Shown in pieces: positions 13,520-26,796 of a stretch of DNA of 64,000 bases. Position numbers and translations under genes: made by a program. Source of the stretch: Lingula anatina (taxonomy: Eukaryota > Animalia > Brachiopoda); assembly GCA_051362555.1 (NCBI GenBank), contig CM120641.1, forward strand, positions 34,726,401 to 34,790,400. Direction: 5' to 3'. Within the stretch, counting starts at the first letter, position 1. Every line of letters begins with the position of its first letter. The notes below the pieces were generated by a model. That model was not told the origin of the DNA. It ran no database searches and saw nothing but the letters and a program-made list of their open reading frames with translations.

Positions 13520-13580
13520 TTGAGTGAACGCACTTTTAAAATTTTGCGCTTTTATACCTTTGTTGACGTATAGTCACATG
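13520..13580 (-). promoter_or_regulatory. Pol II core promoter: TATA box and initiator
   Basis: Minus-strand TATAAAAG at 13556-13549 and TCACTC with the +1 A at 13525, a canonical -31 spacing. A CRE-like TGACGT and an E-box CACATG lie just upstream. Confidence 0.6.
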
Positions 13581-14114
13581 ATGGCGTTCTTGTTGTCACC
13601 AATGGTCAACTTGTTCAAAGGGGATGGCCTTTGATAGTGATGCGCAAAGTTGGTAATAATATCTTATCAACATATACATTTTCTTTTATATTTTATATTT
13701 TGATTATTCTGCCTGTCAGTTTGTTTATAATAAGAGTAATGAGTTCTAAGCAATGTCTGTGAAATGTGCAGGCAAATTTGATGAAAATTTCTGAGCAACA
13801 TACCTTCTCCCTAAAATTTTTATAGGTACGATGTCCGTTAAGCTGGTAGCTGTGAACTTCTCGCAGGCTACTTTGTATGCGTGTATTTGAACACTGATCC
13901 AAAATGTGGATAATGTAATTTGGCGTAGGGTGACTGCATTTTTGAGGCAGCCTGAGGGAGTATGGTTGTTCTGATTGTAGTGAATTGTAGAGAGACAATT
14001 GGAAGCACACTGGACTTAGCATGTTCAGTCACCCAAGTACTCTGAAACACATTTTGTAATCAGCTGACTTGATATTCTGAAAAATGAAAAAACAAATTAT
14101 ATTGATTTACAAAA

Positions 14115-14438
14115 CTGGAAGATAGAAGCAGTGGATCATATTACTTATGCCAGGCAGAAGAAACGACTGAATGTATATTTTTATATTCAAAACGTCTACT
14201 GATTTAGGTAATAATTAATAGCCTGGAAGATAGCAGCAGTGGATCATATTACTAATGCAAGGCAGAAGAAACGAGTGAATGTATATTTTTAGATTCAAAA
14301 CGTCTACTGATTTAGGTAATAATTAATAGCCTGGAAGATAGCAGCAGTGGATCATATTACTAATGCAAGGCAGAAGAAACGAGTGAATGTATATGTCTAT
14401 ATTCAAAACGTCTACTGATTTAGGTAATAATTAACAAC
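14115..14438. repeat. 108-bp tandem repeat, 3 copies
   Basis: CTGGAAGATAG(A/C)AGCAGTGGATCATATTAC at 14115, 14223 and 14331. Confidence 0.92.
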
Positions 14439-17400
14439 TGGCGTCTCCCTTCCTGGCGTCGGGTTATCAGTACTCCCACACCAGTAACATGAGTTATGAG
14501 TTGAGCAGAAACAGAAAAAGTTTTTTTTATTAAGATAATGCAAGTATATGTGTAGGCCCATTTATCTTTTTTTATATTACTAAACGTAAGAATTGTTTGT
14601 CCAAGTGAAACTTTACTTACATCAGCCTAGCAACTAAATCTGACGTTTTAACGTCTCCGAAAATAACTAGAATTTTTTGAATAACGCAATAATGCGGCCA
14701 CCTTCGAGGTGTCGACCGGTTTTTAAAAATTGAAAAAAGAAACTTTTCAGGGCGTCTTTTGTCGCGGGTCATTATTTTCAGTTGTTTGATGTTTTTTTGT
14801 AATATTTTAGCCATTGATAGAATCTATAATTCAGTTACATCCACGATTAGCTAGACGAAATGGTGACAGGGAAAAGTCAAATTTTTTAAACGGCAAAAAC
14901 TGCATTCTCTTAGAAAGCAATTAGCAAACATTCATTACCAGGCACTGTGAAAAATTCAACCAAAGTTGAAGACAAAATGTGTCAAAAAAAACGTGCATGT
15001 CGTAATACCTATTTAAAGCAGTATAATTTTTGTTAGTATTAAAAACGTGTAAATATTATCCACATAGGATATTTTTAAAGCCTTCGATATTTAAAATATT
15101 TAAACTTCCCATACTTTGAGGCATGCATGAGTCGGAAAATGTTTGCATAATTACATAAAAAACTAGAATTATCTCTTTATGTGACCACAGTTTACTCATG
15201 TGCCTTACATCATTCCCTTAAACTCTTTCCCAATATCGATTTCAGATATTTTTGACACATTTTGTCTTCATCTGAATCACGTGAACGTTATCAAGTGTCA
15301 TAAGGCGTACATTACGAAAATATTTAGGTCTTGGAACGTGATTTGATGACTTTTTTAAATGCATATATATACAATTATAAATTTATAATTAAGTTATTTA
15401 ATATCAAATTATAAGTTCTGACCGAGTTTTAAAATTTATTTTAGGAGGGGTAAAAAACCCCAACCCCATCTAATATATATTGGATACATCCGTAGGCTTA
15501 TGTCCTTAGAACTAGGCGTACAAAATGTGTCTTCTAGCTAAAGTTATTATTATGGTGTATGTGTAATTAAAAAAACTACGCAAGAGTGACAAAAGGTCAT
15601 GTGTTTCGAATGCACCCCCACTCTCCGATCAGACATTACTTTTGTATAATTCACAGTCCATCTTCGTTGTAGTTTGTGACTTTACGTCATTTCTTAGTGA
15701 AGCGGTGTTGTCCTCAATTTACCTTAAATGTCCAAATTACTAAGAAGAAACCACTTGCAAGAATTATAAGGCTTTTTATACTGCTAGGTCTATAGACGTG
15801 ATACACACGATATCTTGCAACCCCACAAAATCTGTTTCTTAAAATTTTGGTTCCACCACAAAGCTTAGCACTATCATTCTTTTTTGCTTTATTGATATAT
15901 TTTCAGTACATAAATAATCATTGTCTGTTGCCCAATTTTGCACAAAATTAAGATAATCCCCAAAACCTCATTAATTGTGTTTTCTCCATCCCAAAAAATA
16001 TCACAAATTTCTCCTCATAATTTAGTAGTGCACTGGCATCTACACAGTACATAAATGTATCATTATAATAACATCTTGTTCTTACTGATAACATAATTAG
16101 CTTAATTCTATAACAATTCTAAAATGTTAATAACAATGAAAATTCAAAGTAGATGGCAAGATTCTTATTGTGCTGATAAAGATAAAATATGTAAATTCAA
16201 TACTGATTAGGTACTGTATACTGGCTCATTGAAAAAGGGAACCGTTTCACAAAAAAATTAAGCTTAGACTGCTAAATCTGGATAGCCAACTATACAAAGT
16301 CAACTTTGCGATATTGTTTTCCAACTACAATTTTTTAAGAATGATTGGTCCACAGTTGATGAGTAGAATATACATAAATGGGCTACTGACACCACTGCAA
16401 GTAAAAGACTTGCCAAGACAATCAAAATGTAAATCAAAGGAAAGTGAAAAGAAAGTAAAAAGACTGGAAAAAATGAGGCAAAATTTATAACTTGGTTAAT
16501 GAGCGAACAATACTCTAGTTTTGATTAAATCAGAACTTTTCTTGCACCTATTTTTATTTTTGCCATTTTGTAAGTGAAAAAAGGGGAATAGGGGATTGGT
16601 GTAGTGAAAGCCCAACCTTAACCTTTGGATGCTATTCTCATTAAACATATGCATAAAAGACAAAATTTAGACCACAAATAGATTCATGCAATCTACCAAC
16701 CTTTTTTACAGTGAGTCATTGCAACTTATCAGTTATTTCTGGCCTAGGCTATCTGTAAGATTCTTACAACTGTGAAGTGCAACTTAGCCAGCTAAGTCTT
16801 TATAGGCTCAGATTTTAGACTACAAACCAACTTCAAACATTTAGTAAAGCAAGTGCAAGGAATAGTTAGTTTGAAGGCTCTGCCTCCCCATAGGGTGAGA
16901 ACAAACACAGTCACACTGTATGATACATTACAGAAAACATTGGTTAAAAATATACTCTGGAATTTTACATTTTCACTAGTATAGAATCAATTTGATTTCT
17001 AAAACTGACTTATTATAAAAAAACTCCTGTCAATTTAAAACTTTTTCATAAAGCATATCTGAAATACACTGATAAAATGTTATTAAAAATATTAAAATTT
17101 GATATTCACAGATAAAATAGGCTCAAGTCAAAATGATTAAGACAATTACTGAAGCATTATTCAAACCCCAATTTTGATTATTTCCATACAATTAGTGATT
17201 CACAAGTTCTTTAACAGAGTTGTACCTAATCTGACTACATGATATCTATCAAAATCTCTCTAAAATCAAGTGACAAAAAATGCCCACAGTTTCAAGCACC
17301 ATAAAATATGGCTTAAGTAAGTAATATCCTCAATTGTTTCATAATAAACGTCATGTCACTTGAATGTACCATTCTCCAGAAAAAAAGATGAACTTGCAAG

Positions 17401-17628
17401 GTTTGATAAGTCTGCGTTTACAGGTAGATGTCATAGTTTAATATACATAAGGCAGCTTTATATCGTGGTCAACAATATTATATTATATCAGTTTCTCTAG
17501 CCTCCATGTCTTATTCGTCATAATATTTTGATTTTCAAATTCAGGGTCCCCTAGTAAAAGATCTTGCATTTCCTCTTGATCACAGAAGAATCTGAGTTGA
17601 GAATACAGTTGAGAATACAGAGTTGAAA

Positions 17629-19643
17629 TTAGGCATCTCCTCTCCACTCGGGGTCTTCTTGCAACTGAACCTGGCTGACATCCATGGTTACATCTTGAAA
17701 AATAATATATTCCCAAAAAAGTTTAAATGCTGCAGTAATAATAATAATAATAATAATAATTAAAATCAATAAATCTTGGACACATTACTTGTCGTACGTC
17801 TGAATAACATGACAGACAAGAAGAAAATAGTTGCTCTTGAAAATGGACTTTAAGTAATGAAAATGCAAGATGACAGCTAGTAGATAGTACATGTGCATGC
17901 AATTTATTTGAAATTCTGACTTTTCAGTCCTAATGATTTAGATTATTTATAGCCAATAATCTGAGAAAATAAAATATTCAACAGAGAAATTGATTGCAAT
18001 AAATCCTGCTCGTACCTGACTGCTTAATATTCACTGCAGCAAACCTCTCTACGACATCGTCGAGCTGATCAGTAGGGTCATCGTAATCACATCCTGTGTA
18101 CGCTTTTTTCTCGAGGCAGTACTTAAGGAAACTACACCAAAGAGAAGTTGAAAATAAAGAAAGAATTGCCTACTTTCTTTTGTCTTTCTGTATGGACTTT
18201 CATTCACAATAAAAGAAAGAATTGCCTAGTAGACACTATTTTGTCTGTCAGTTTGGAGTTTAATTTACATGTTTTTTAACTTTCCTTTTTTTTCTATTTT
18301 TTTTCATTTAACTAAAACATGATAGCTTTCTCTTTTTAATCTTTCTATCCTCTTTGTTTTTTTTTTTTTGTCAGTCTGTCTGAACAAACATTAAAAATTT
18401 AATTTATGAACTTTATTAAATCCTTAACATTTCTTTTTTTGTTGGTTTGTCTGTCTGTCTGAACAAGAGTTCTTAGAAACAATGAGATTAAATAAAGATT
18501 AAATAAAGGAAAAAAATTTTGAACCTAACATGGCTGATTTGTGTTTGGTTTGAAAAAGTCTTATAATTTGATTGAACTTTTTTTGCTTACTGATCAAATA
18601 AATTAAAATAATTCACTTCACCTGTTCCAATGTTCATCTTGCGAAAGAAGAAACGGATTCCCTACAACAATCAATAGGGCCTTTGCTCTTGTGATCGACA
18701 CATTAAACCTCTGAAAAAAAAAAAAAATCCCACATGTAACTGTATGTGCGGGTGAACACTGAAGACAGTATAGTCTGAGACTAACTGTTCATATCTCTTC
18801 TGTGAATTCCGCATCACATGGCATAGTCTCTGCAGTGCCATAGTGGAAAGAAATGGTGATGAAAATAGTATGGACTATAGCTGTTTAAATAACCTTACAT
18901 TTCAAAATATGTGTGTGCACATCCACATGTACAAAGTCTTATGAATTATGTGTTCACGCATATACACATGCCACAGCACAATCATGGTAATGACACTATC
19001 TTTTCAATGGGCAAAAATTATCAAACTTTCAAATGTATACATGTACCTTTATAAACACATAAAGTATATGGTATTAGTGGTACTCTTACTGCACAGATTA
19101 GAACTATAGAGTAGCTTACTTTTTTATTCTGTTGTGACCATCCAATAAGAATTGGGTAGGAGTATTAAAATTTTAAAAATTAATGGCCTAAAAAATACCG
19201 CATCTGTAAAATTCACGATTCCCCCCCCCCCCACTGAAAAAAATCAAGTTATTACCATATGCTGAGGTGGCACTAGCAATTTTCTCTAAAGCCAAATTAC
19301 TACTTTTTCATCACTTTTTTCTCCAAAATGGTTTAAATTTGACTAAAATAAGTCAAATCAACCCTATTTTGCCAATTGAAGTCAGTTTTAGCATTTGGCT
19401 TAATTGGGCAGTGTTAACTCTACCCCAGTTTGTGTGTCCACATGCATAAGTGTACAAATGACTGACCTTTGGGTTCTTTAAAAAGCCCAGCTTGAACTCT
19501 GCGTCCAGAGCCAGGTAATCGTGGTTACTCCTCACGGTGGACACCATGATGACCCGTCTCTCCTGACCCTGAAATTCCTCCACACTGCCCACCTTTATGT
19601 CCCGAAAGTTTTTCTTGAACAGCAGTTGCCTCAGTTTTTGAAC
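17629..19643 (-). CDS. MOV10: MOV10-like SF1 RNA helicase, last four coding exons (19643-19467, 18710-18622, 18131-18016, 17693-17629); 5' part not found
   Basis: The spliced translation has UPF1-like motif V (KVGSVEEFQGQERRVIMVSTVRS), [27 protein letters not shown] and a MOV10-like C-terminus QEDPEWRGDA*. Splice phases agree (0, 2, 1). A 3' UTR follows, with AATAAA near 15888. Confidence 0.88.
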
Positions 19644-19679
19644 CTGTGGAGAGAATAAAAAGGGATGTCTGTGCATTTA

Positions 19680-19846
19680 CAGGCCCGTAACCAGCAATTT
19701 CAAAAGGGGGGTTCTTTTTCTGAAAAAGTGGACCTTTTTCCATAAAAACTTCATGTACCTAGATCAAATTTTACCCACAGTGGACCTTTTCCCAGCAAAA
19801 GTGGCAGTTCTTTAAAACCCCCGAACCCCCCCTGGCTACACGCCTG
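19680..19846. mobile_element. MITE with CAGG... TIR and 5-bp TSD (hAT5-like)
   Basis: CAGGCCCGTAACCAG...CTGGCTACACGCCTG flanked by ATTTA on both sides; an inverted sibling is at 32596-32762. Confidence 0.85.
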
Positions 19847-19892
19847 ATTTAATACTCATCCGTTACATTCAGCATTTACTTTATCTTTATCT

Positions 19893-20915
19893 TATAAAAA
19901 TGTAATGTTCCTAGGACTCAGAAACGCATAGGCCTATCTATCCATATTAGAATGAAAATCGGGATTTATAAATAACGGTTAAATAAACTTCTGTTTGAAT
20001 ATGATATCTAAAATTGCATGCGTGTCATATGCTGCTATCACGTAGGCCTACTTGTAGCTAAGCTTGATCCTCTAAAGGTTCCAATTAATGTTTTAAATTT
20101 GATTTCTGGCTAAGATCTCATGTTTTCAAAAGACGTGTGAATATTAATGTAACAAGTATAGGCCCTACTCCCCAAGCAAAAAGTGTCACCCCCAAATGCA
20201 AGTGTTACAGGAAATCATAAACCAACATGTTATTTTTATTCAACTTCTAAAAGAATTTTTCAAAAAATTTTACTGATTGTTCACCCAGTGAATAAGCTAA
20301 CCAGAGCAAAACAATCGCATCTGCCTTTTAGTATTTTGTACAATATCCTCTAACACGAAGTACCTGAGGCATGTGTGCGTGACGTAAAAAAGTTCTGTTA
20401 GAGGACTGATGGCGTTCCACATACACAGAAGAACGGTGAAAAGATAGTATGAGATCATTTTTGTTTGCAGGGTTATCCCTTCAGTTATCCATTTCAGATA
20501 ATATCACACACATTCTCAATAAGGCTCTGATCTAGGATTGAGCTGACCATTTGGGGGGGGGGGGGTCTGGATCTGGTTCGCATATAGGCCTAACCTGCGT
20601 ACTGTTGCATTGGCTGTAGGCCTACGTGGAGAAGCATGATCATGCAGGAACACAAATGGGTGGTTATGGTCCCCAAAGATATTCTCGGCAGAATTCCACA
20701 AGTTTCTTTTCAGTATTTGGATGTATTGCTCTGCGTTAAGGTTCCCGTTGACCATTGCCAGTTCACCTACACCACAGCAGCCAATACGCTGCGTACCATG
20801 ACTGAGCGGTACGTGGGTGGGTCTTGTCGACCAGAGGTGGATAATTGGGAAGTTTTTTCTTACCAGCTTGTCGTGTCCGACAAAGATATCTAATGATGTA
20901 ACGTGTTGTGGTCCA
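19893..20915 (-). mobile_element. Duplicated block (copy B) with Tc1 transposase relic
   Basis: Aligns by eye end to end with 2774-3852; ORF 20516..20926 reads GCCGVGELAMVNGNLNAEQYIQIL... Confidence 0.82.
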
Positions 20916-21399
20916 ATAGTTCTCAAGTAATTAATGTGCCGGCCTCTTTGTATAACGCCGAGGTAAAGAAATTAATTATACAATTATAGGTAGTTAAAGT
21001 TTGCGTCATTGATCATACATATAGATAAGAAATAAGTATATAAGCGATACCTTGAGAGGAAGAAGGGAGACATGTAGAGGACAGCTAGAGGAAGCAGCGA
21101 AGGAGGAGTTAATAAGCGACGGAGTACGGGGCAGACGAGTTAGGAGTTGGACACTTAACGTAGAATATGTAGCTACCGAGCGTCAACGAATAAATTGTTT
21201 AACTGGTCATTATGTGGACTTGGGTTTTCTTGGCGCGACCTTACGTAAATCTGACACGCTTTGGATTGCGTTATCCACTAAGTTAGTCTAAAACGTATAA
21301 TGTCCTATTTCGAGCCCACGCTTGAATTAAGCGTACAAAATTATATAAGTTTAGGACATTCACTCCATATGTAAGTAAAAGGTTCATTACAAGCTGCCT

Positions 21400-23600
21400 T
21401 CAAACCCTTATGCATCCATCACTTCTAACAATGCTTAATCTGCTTTCATCTGAGAACATGCAGTATCATTGCCCAGTTGATGGCTAGTATCCATGATAGA
21501 GCTCCGGTATATTGTTTAAAAGCTCAAGAGTTTCAACGTCCAAGGTCTCTGATTTGTTATTCTGATGGGCCACAAGCAGCCGCCAGAGTGGTTCTACCTT
21601 TTAAAAAAAACTATGAGTTTTTTGTTCTTTGGAAGATTGCCAGTCAATAAGCATTTGTTCAGTACGTCTAATAATGTCCTCCTCGTCACAGATTTTCCAC
21701 CCGCAAAAATAATTAACTGTTGGCCGAATGTCAAAAAACTGACGAAGACGATAAGATGGACAAATATCTGGCTGTAGAAAGAGACGAGGATCCTGAGACA
21801 TGTTTGAAAAATTTGACCTGTCTTGCTCTACTCTGTTGCTGATTGTTCAGTTCTAGGTCGTCTAACCTGAGAGTATAGTTGGTTATGTCTACAGGTATTG
21901 TCATACCTCCCATCTGGAGTAACCCATAAAAAGCAGTTGTGAACATTGCTTTCATAAGGGATATTACATGTATATGCGGGTCTTGTATCACTAGATGGAG
22001 AGCCTCCAGTAGCTTCTGTAATATTGGAAGTGTTACTGGGATCCCACATTGCACTGGGGTTTGGAGTTGGAGTTCCGTGCCTTGGAGAGTTTGTTTTACA
22101 GTGCATGAATCTGTCGGGTTGAGTATGTTTGCTATTTTGTATTTATAGTTTAGTGCGTATACTTGAGTTTTGAATTATTGTAGCTGGTACCTTTCCCTTA
22201 AAAATTGGACGAATAGCGGTGTCACTGATACATGTGCCGGGAATGCTCCAGAAATGCGCCCATGAAAAAAGGAAAACGGCCGCACTTACTGAAAGCTGGT
22301 CCCATTACTAAAAGAAATGAAGTAGATTAATGATAAAGACTGAATAGTGTTGAAAATGACATTTAACATAATGTGTGCGCCTGAAATATCTACATTTAAA
22401 ATATAATTTCCAAAGAAAATGTGCACACATTTCAATTTGTGGGGTTGCAAAGAGACATTTCCAAAATGGCGGTATTAAGGGATTGAATTTTTGGTGCCCA
22501 TGCACCACAAAACTAAGAGTCATACAAAACGGCGCTATAACCGCGTCTGCATAAAGACGCTAGGTGGTTGGTCCTTCCCAGTCGTCATCCTGGAATAAAC
22601 CTTTCCTTTAAAAATGTCAGGAAAGATTGACACATCAGGAAATCAGCTCTGGCTTCTTTATTCACGCGGCCCTAGTGGTGTAGTTGTAAGCCTGCGTAAG
22701 AAAGATCTCCCACAAGGAACTGTGTATACCGTAGTAACAGAAATTAAACAATTTTATTATGGAATTTAAGTCTCCCAAGGAAATTTTCTTTTTGTGCATG
22801 TAGTGAGTTACGTTATGGAGACTTGTAGCATTTTTTCTTGGGGGAGTCTTGCCTCCTGCTTAATTGAGTCAATTTCAGTGCGTGCAAAATTTACGGTTGT
22901 GATACGTTTTTTATTTATTTTTTTTTCAATGCCTATATCCTCGCACAGTTGCAGGAAACTGCTTAATATTTTTATCAGTCGTCGTATCTGTAGTTTACAA
23001 TCAGAAAACTTCAGTCAGAACTCTCAGTGGATCTTAGGCCCGTACTCGCAGCCACCACATGCACATTTCGAGTTGAAGAAGAAACAGCAGGGAAATTTCG
23101 TTTTATTCACCATCTTTCACATCCATCTGGTCAATTAGTGAATGATGGCAACGTCGAACGTTTTACCGCAGTGCATCATGCCACAGCGGGGTGCGCTATC
23201 AAAATTAATTAAAGAATTAGACCATGGGATATTTCCAGCAAACTTGACACTGAAAATGTCTGTCGCACATGTCCTGGGATTTAAAGTTAGCGGGCAATTC
23301 TATTGCGACAAAATCCTATCAATGGCTTCAGCTTGCTCTTGCCAGATTTTTGGGGCTTTTAGTAATTGATCATATACCATATACAGCCTGGTGCCCGATG
23401 AATCTGTCAATAATGTCACCTACATACATGCACAGTATGGCACTGGTGTAACTCCAAGGACCAGAATATCATTTCTGAAATTCCGAAAGATTACTTTACT
23501 CTTTGAGTTCAAAATAAACATTTGCCGACATACAGGGTTTTATCGGCCTTGGACTACTTGTGTTTTTACCGGTATCCAACACCGACTTGGCGCCAGGCAT
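21400..23600 (-). mobile_element. Degenerate DIRS/Ngaro-type tyrosine-recombinase retrotransposon
   Basis: Minus strand: YR motifs AMFTTAFYGLL and KTHSF..TTLAAACG..QIRDLGR..AFKQY (22054-21505), RNase H-like LYADA (~22555), RT thumb EIDSIKQEARLPQEK and GRSFLRR. Plus strand: RT N-terminus LGPYSQPP / KFRFIHHLSHP / FYCDKILSMA (23020-23370). Many stops and frameshifts. Confidence 0.75.
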
Positions 23601-24559
23601 CGCTCCGGCCAAAAAGTGAAGAAAAAAGCGGAAAGAAGTGGTGCGCTAGGTTTTAAGTGATACAAGTGCTGTGACGAGAAACAAAATAGCTTTTTCTTTG
23701 GCTTATATACTGCCCTACCAAAAACAAAATGTCACCCCTAACCCATTTATGTACATTGTTACCAGGGTGCGCATAGATTTGATTTTAGTGCTACGCAACG
23801 ATTAGAAAACCAGTTATCTCTTACATTTTAAAAATGCGGTTCTTATGTGAGCGGGATAAAATATTGACCATATAGTGGACACAGAAGAGATTTTCGGCCC
23901 CGAGGATAACAAGAAGGTTAACAAGAAGGTTGGGATTTTTCATAAAAACTATTTAGAGGGTAAGACAACGTCAAAGGCCACATAGAGTGAAGAGACGAAG
24001 CCTTGCTCTTACAGGACGCCCCATGCCACAGAGAAAGCCAACTGCAACATTTTAAAAAAGGAATAACAACTGTTCGTTTAAAAGAAAACGGATTTTCCTG
24101 TTGTAAACAATGATTTTCCCATATTTTCCAGTGGTAAATAAATCCATTTCGACATTCAAAAATAGGTCATGTTTTTTTTCTAAAAGTTTGTTTTTTATGT
24201 AATTATCTCTTAAGAGATTATTACAAAGGTATAGCCATCTATGCAGGCCCACGTCATCTGATGGCCAGCATATATTTCCATAAGTTTTTTAGAATTATTT
24301 GATTGTGAAATCTCATACGAACAAGTGATATCTCTTTCACCGAAAAAGGAATATTAACGATTCCGAGATTACCGTCAGCAGTCGCCTGCACAACGAACAT
24401 TATTTTAACAGGGTTGCCGTTTGGAGAACAACGGTCGTCGAGTCAGATGGTACCAGAACTTCTGCATATAGTCACCAATCCCAATCTGGTGAATGATACT
24501 GTTCTCAGATGAGAGGAGATTCAATATTGAGATAGGTGATGGATGCCTAAGGGAAGCAT

Positions 24560-24720
24560 AGATCCAAGTACTGAAAAGGAACTTCAAAAACTTCGTCCAG
24601 AATATCCTTTGGGGTCATTTCACCATGATAATGCTACTCCACATACAGCAAATAAAATAGTGCAATCTCTAGATCAGAACATCATTGAAAATGCATGAGA
24701 TATACTTGGGAGAAGATTGC
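24560..24720 (+). pseudogene. Small Tc1/mariner transposase remnant
   Basis: Frame reading FHHDNATPHTANKIVQSL, matching the HDNAxPH motif of the second catalytic Asp. Confidence 0.5.
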
Positions 24721-26586
24721 CGAGAGTTACTCCATGCACAGACTTATCAAGTGCGTTTTTCAATCCACAGAAAACAGTACAATTTACTCAGATGTGACTT
24801 CGATATTTCTAACTTTGGTAACTTTATCCATTAGTTGTATAATAAGTAGAATTCCGAATAGTGACTATTATGTATCTGACATCACTTTCGGTATGCAGCA
24901 CAACTTCTAACATGTAAAACTGTTTGCCCACTGGTAATTCTGTGAACGTTAATAGTTTCTGATTTTTAAATTTTTCTATGCAACCTTTGTCGAAAGGACT
25001 TTTATACGAATGAATATACCGGTACTAGTACGGATGCCCTGAAAAACTATGCCCCATCCCAAGATCAGCTAAAGACAATTCTGGCACGTTGTTTACAGGT
25101 AATTAGGTACAATCACTTGGCCAACGATTGCCAGTCTCCCTTGTTTGTGATTTTTAGTTCAGATAAGAGGCTGTCAGAATGTCGCCTTAGTCATGGAATT
25201 GGTGTGCATCACGGTGTAATAGGTCTACTAGTTTGATGTTATATGGCATTTACATCAAGTTGATGTTAAATCGTTTAAAACCCGCTCACATTAATGAACA
25301 GAAAAATGAAACAATGCACAGGGATCGTCATTTATTACGAATTGTTAAGTGCGATCTACTTCCTGGACCCTTTAAAAGGCCTATCGTAGTCATTTGCAGC
25401 ACATGCCATCAAACGCCAAACAATACTTTCATATCGACATCTAAGGTTGTTAACATTTGAAAAATACGAATGACACAGCTTTACTGCCTCCCAAGTAATT
25501 TTTCCATGAAATTCTTTTTCGCACTGTCGGTCGATGCAACAACTTATTTGAAAACAAGTAGAAAACAAAAATAGCCCAATTTTACACCTGGGGTTTGACG
25601 CACAATGATTGTAATTTGTTCTCTTTGGGTTACTATTAAAATCAACGACTAAAAGAAGCCTATCGACATTCACCTGTAGCTTTGTTAAGGCCGACTTGCC
25701 TTTAGCGATGTCGAGAGTCCTTTCGTGGTGTCGTGGCCGACATAAAGTTACCACGTCACACAAACGGGATTGATGTCGCCAAATAGTCCTTGTGTCATGT
25801 GGCGGCTTCTATGAATAACACAGAGATAAATTTATTAACTTGGTAGTTTAAAACGTAATTTTGAATTTCGGTCTGATAACTTTCTTAATGTCGGTTACGA
25901 CATCTTCCTGTCGATTTCCTTATTTTATGATAATTGAGCAGAGATTTTGATCTGTGCCCTGGCATTTAATAGAGATAGCTGTGCAAATAACTGGCTTGTC
26001 ATGGGGACATTAAAAATTTGTGCGACCGCTTTCTGCGCAGTACCAATAATTATATAATTATACTTTCTATTTATTATTCGTAATGCCAGTGTTACTATGA
26101 CTGGTAATGCGTCCCTGGGACTGTTAAATTGTGTCTGATATGAAATATTTCACCACTGAAATGTTGGTGGCGATGGCAGTTATCATACATTCTGCCAACC
26201 CTGGAAGCTTTTGACTACATGTAACTTGCCTATATCGTTGATCATAGGTTGACCTGTTTTGTGCCCAGAGCTATTTCGATGAAAGGTACATGCAAATGTA
26301 CCTGGTACATGTTTGTGAATGTGACCTTAATCTAAGAATCTTCAAAAATGTCTGATTGGTACAAGCCATATTTAATTGACATGCATTAAACAAACAATTA
26401 TAATATAATAATAATAATTTATTTTCATATTAATACAAGTATAAAATGAAAATTGGTATGAGCTGTCGATAAAATGTAATACAATGGAATTATTAAAATA
26501 AATTTTGTTCATTAATAATGCGTACTGCTGATGGATAAAACTATTTTTAGTGCGCGTGGAGGTCGGCTTGATGACATACGCATAAA

Positions 26587-26796
26587 GCCCCCTTTACACT
26601 GGACGGCGTCCTTTCTGCGTCCAGCAGTACGGCCCCATCTGAGAGGTAAAAAATTTTAATGCTTTACGTGCCGACAACTGGCCGATCATTGAGCATTCAT
26701 TCTGATACAAAATTAATGCTCGTGCCTCCTTATTAAGACCACAGCGATGCCAAATTTCATGGTCGCAGAAAGGACGCCGTCCAGTGTAAAGGGGGC
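26587..26796. mobile_element. MITE with perfect 33-bp TIRs (PIF/Harbinger-like)
   Basis: GCCCCCTTTACACTGGACGGCGTCCTTTCTGCG ... CGCAGAAAGGACGCCGTCCAGTGTAAAGGGGGC, with TAA/TTA-like flanks. Confidence 0.88.

Larger units (their letters stand above)
7200..13525 (-). ncRNA. Predicted multi-exon spliced transcript (lncRNA or unusual coding gene) with a tandem micro-exon array
   Basis: Consistent minus-strand GT-AG exons: 13189-13127, thirteen 52-nt exons (13047-11413), 11333-10212, 9804-9624, 9396-9251, 8283-8184, and 7713 onward. TATA/Inr at 13556/13525; AATAAA (minus) near 7218. I found no donor between 13525 and 13190. Expression cannot be shown from sequence. Confidence 0.5.

Noticed and set aside
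6756-15630. Possible TIR pair GATCCGGAGAAAAGGTGCAT / ATGCACCCCCACTCTCCGATC around the micro-exon unit
   Set aside because: The match is short and gapped, does not extend and has no TSD.
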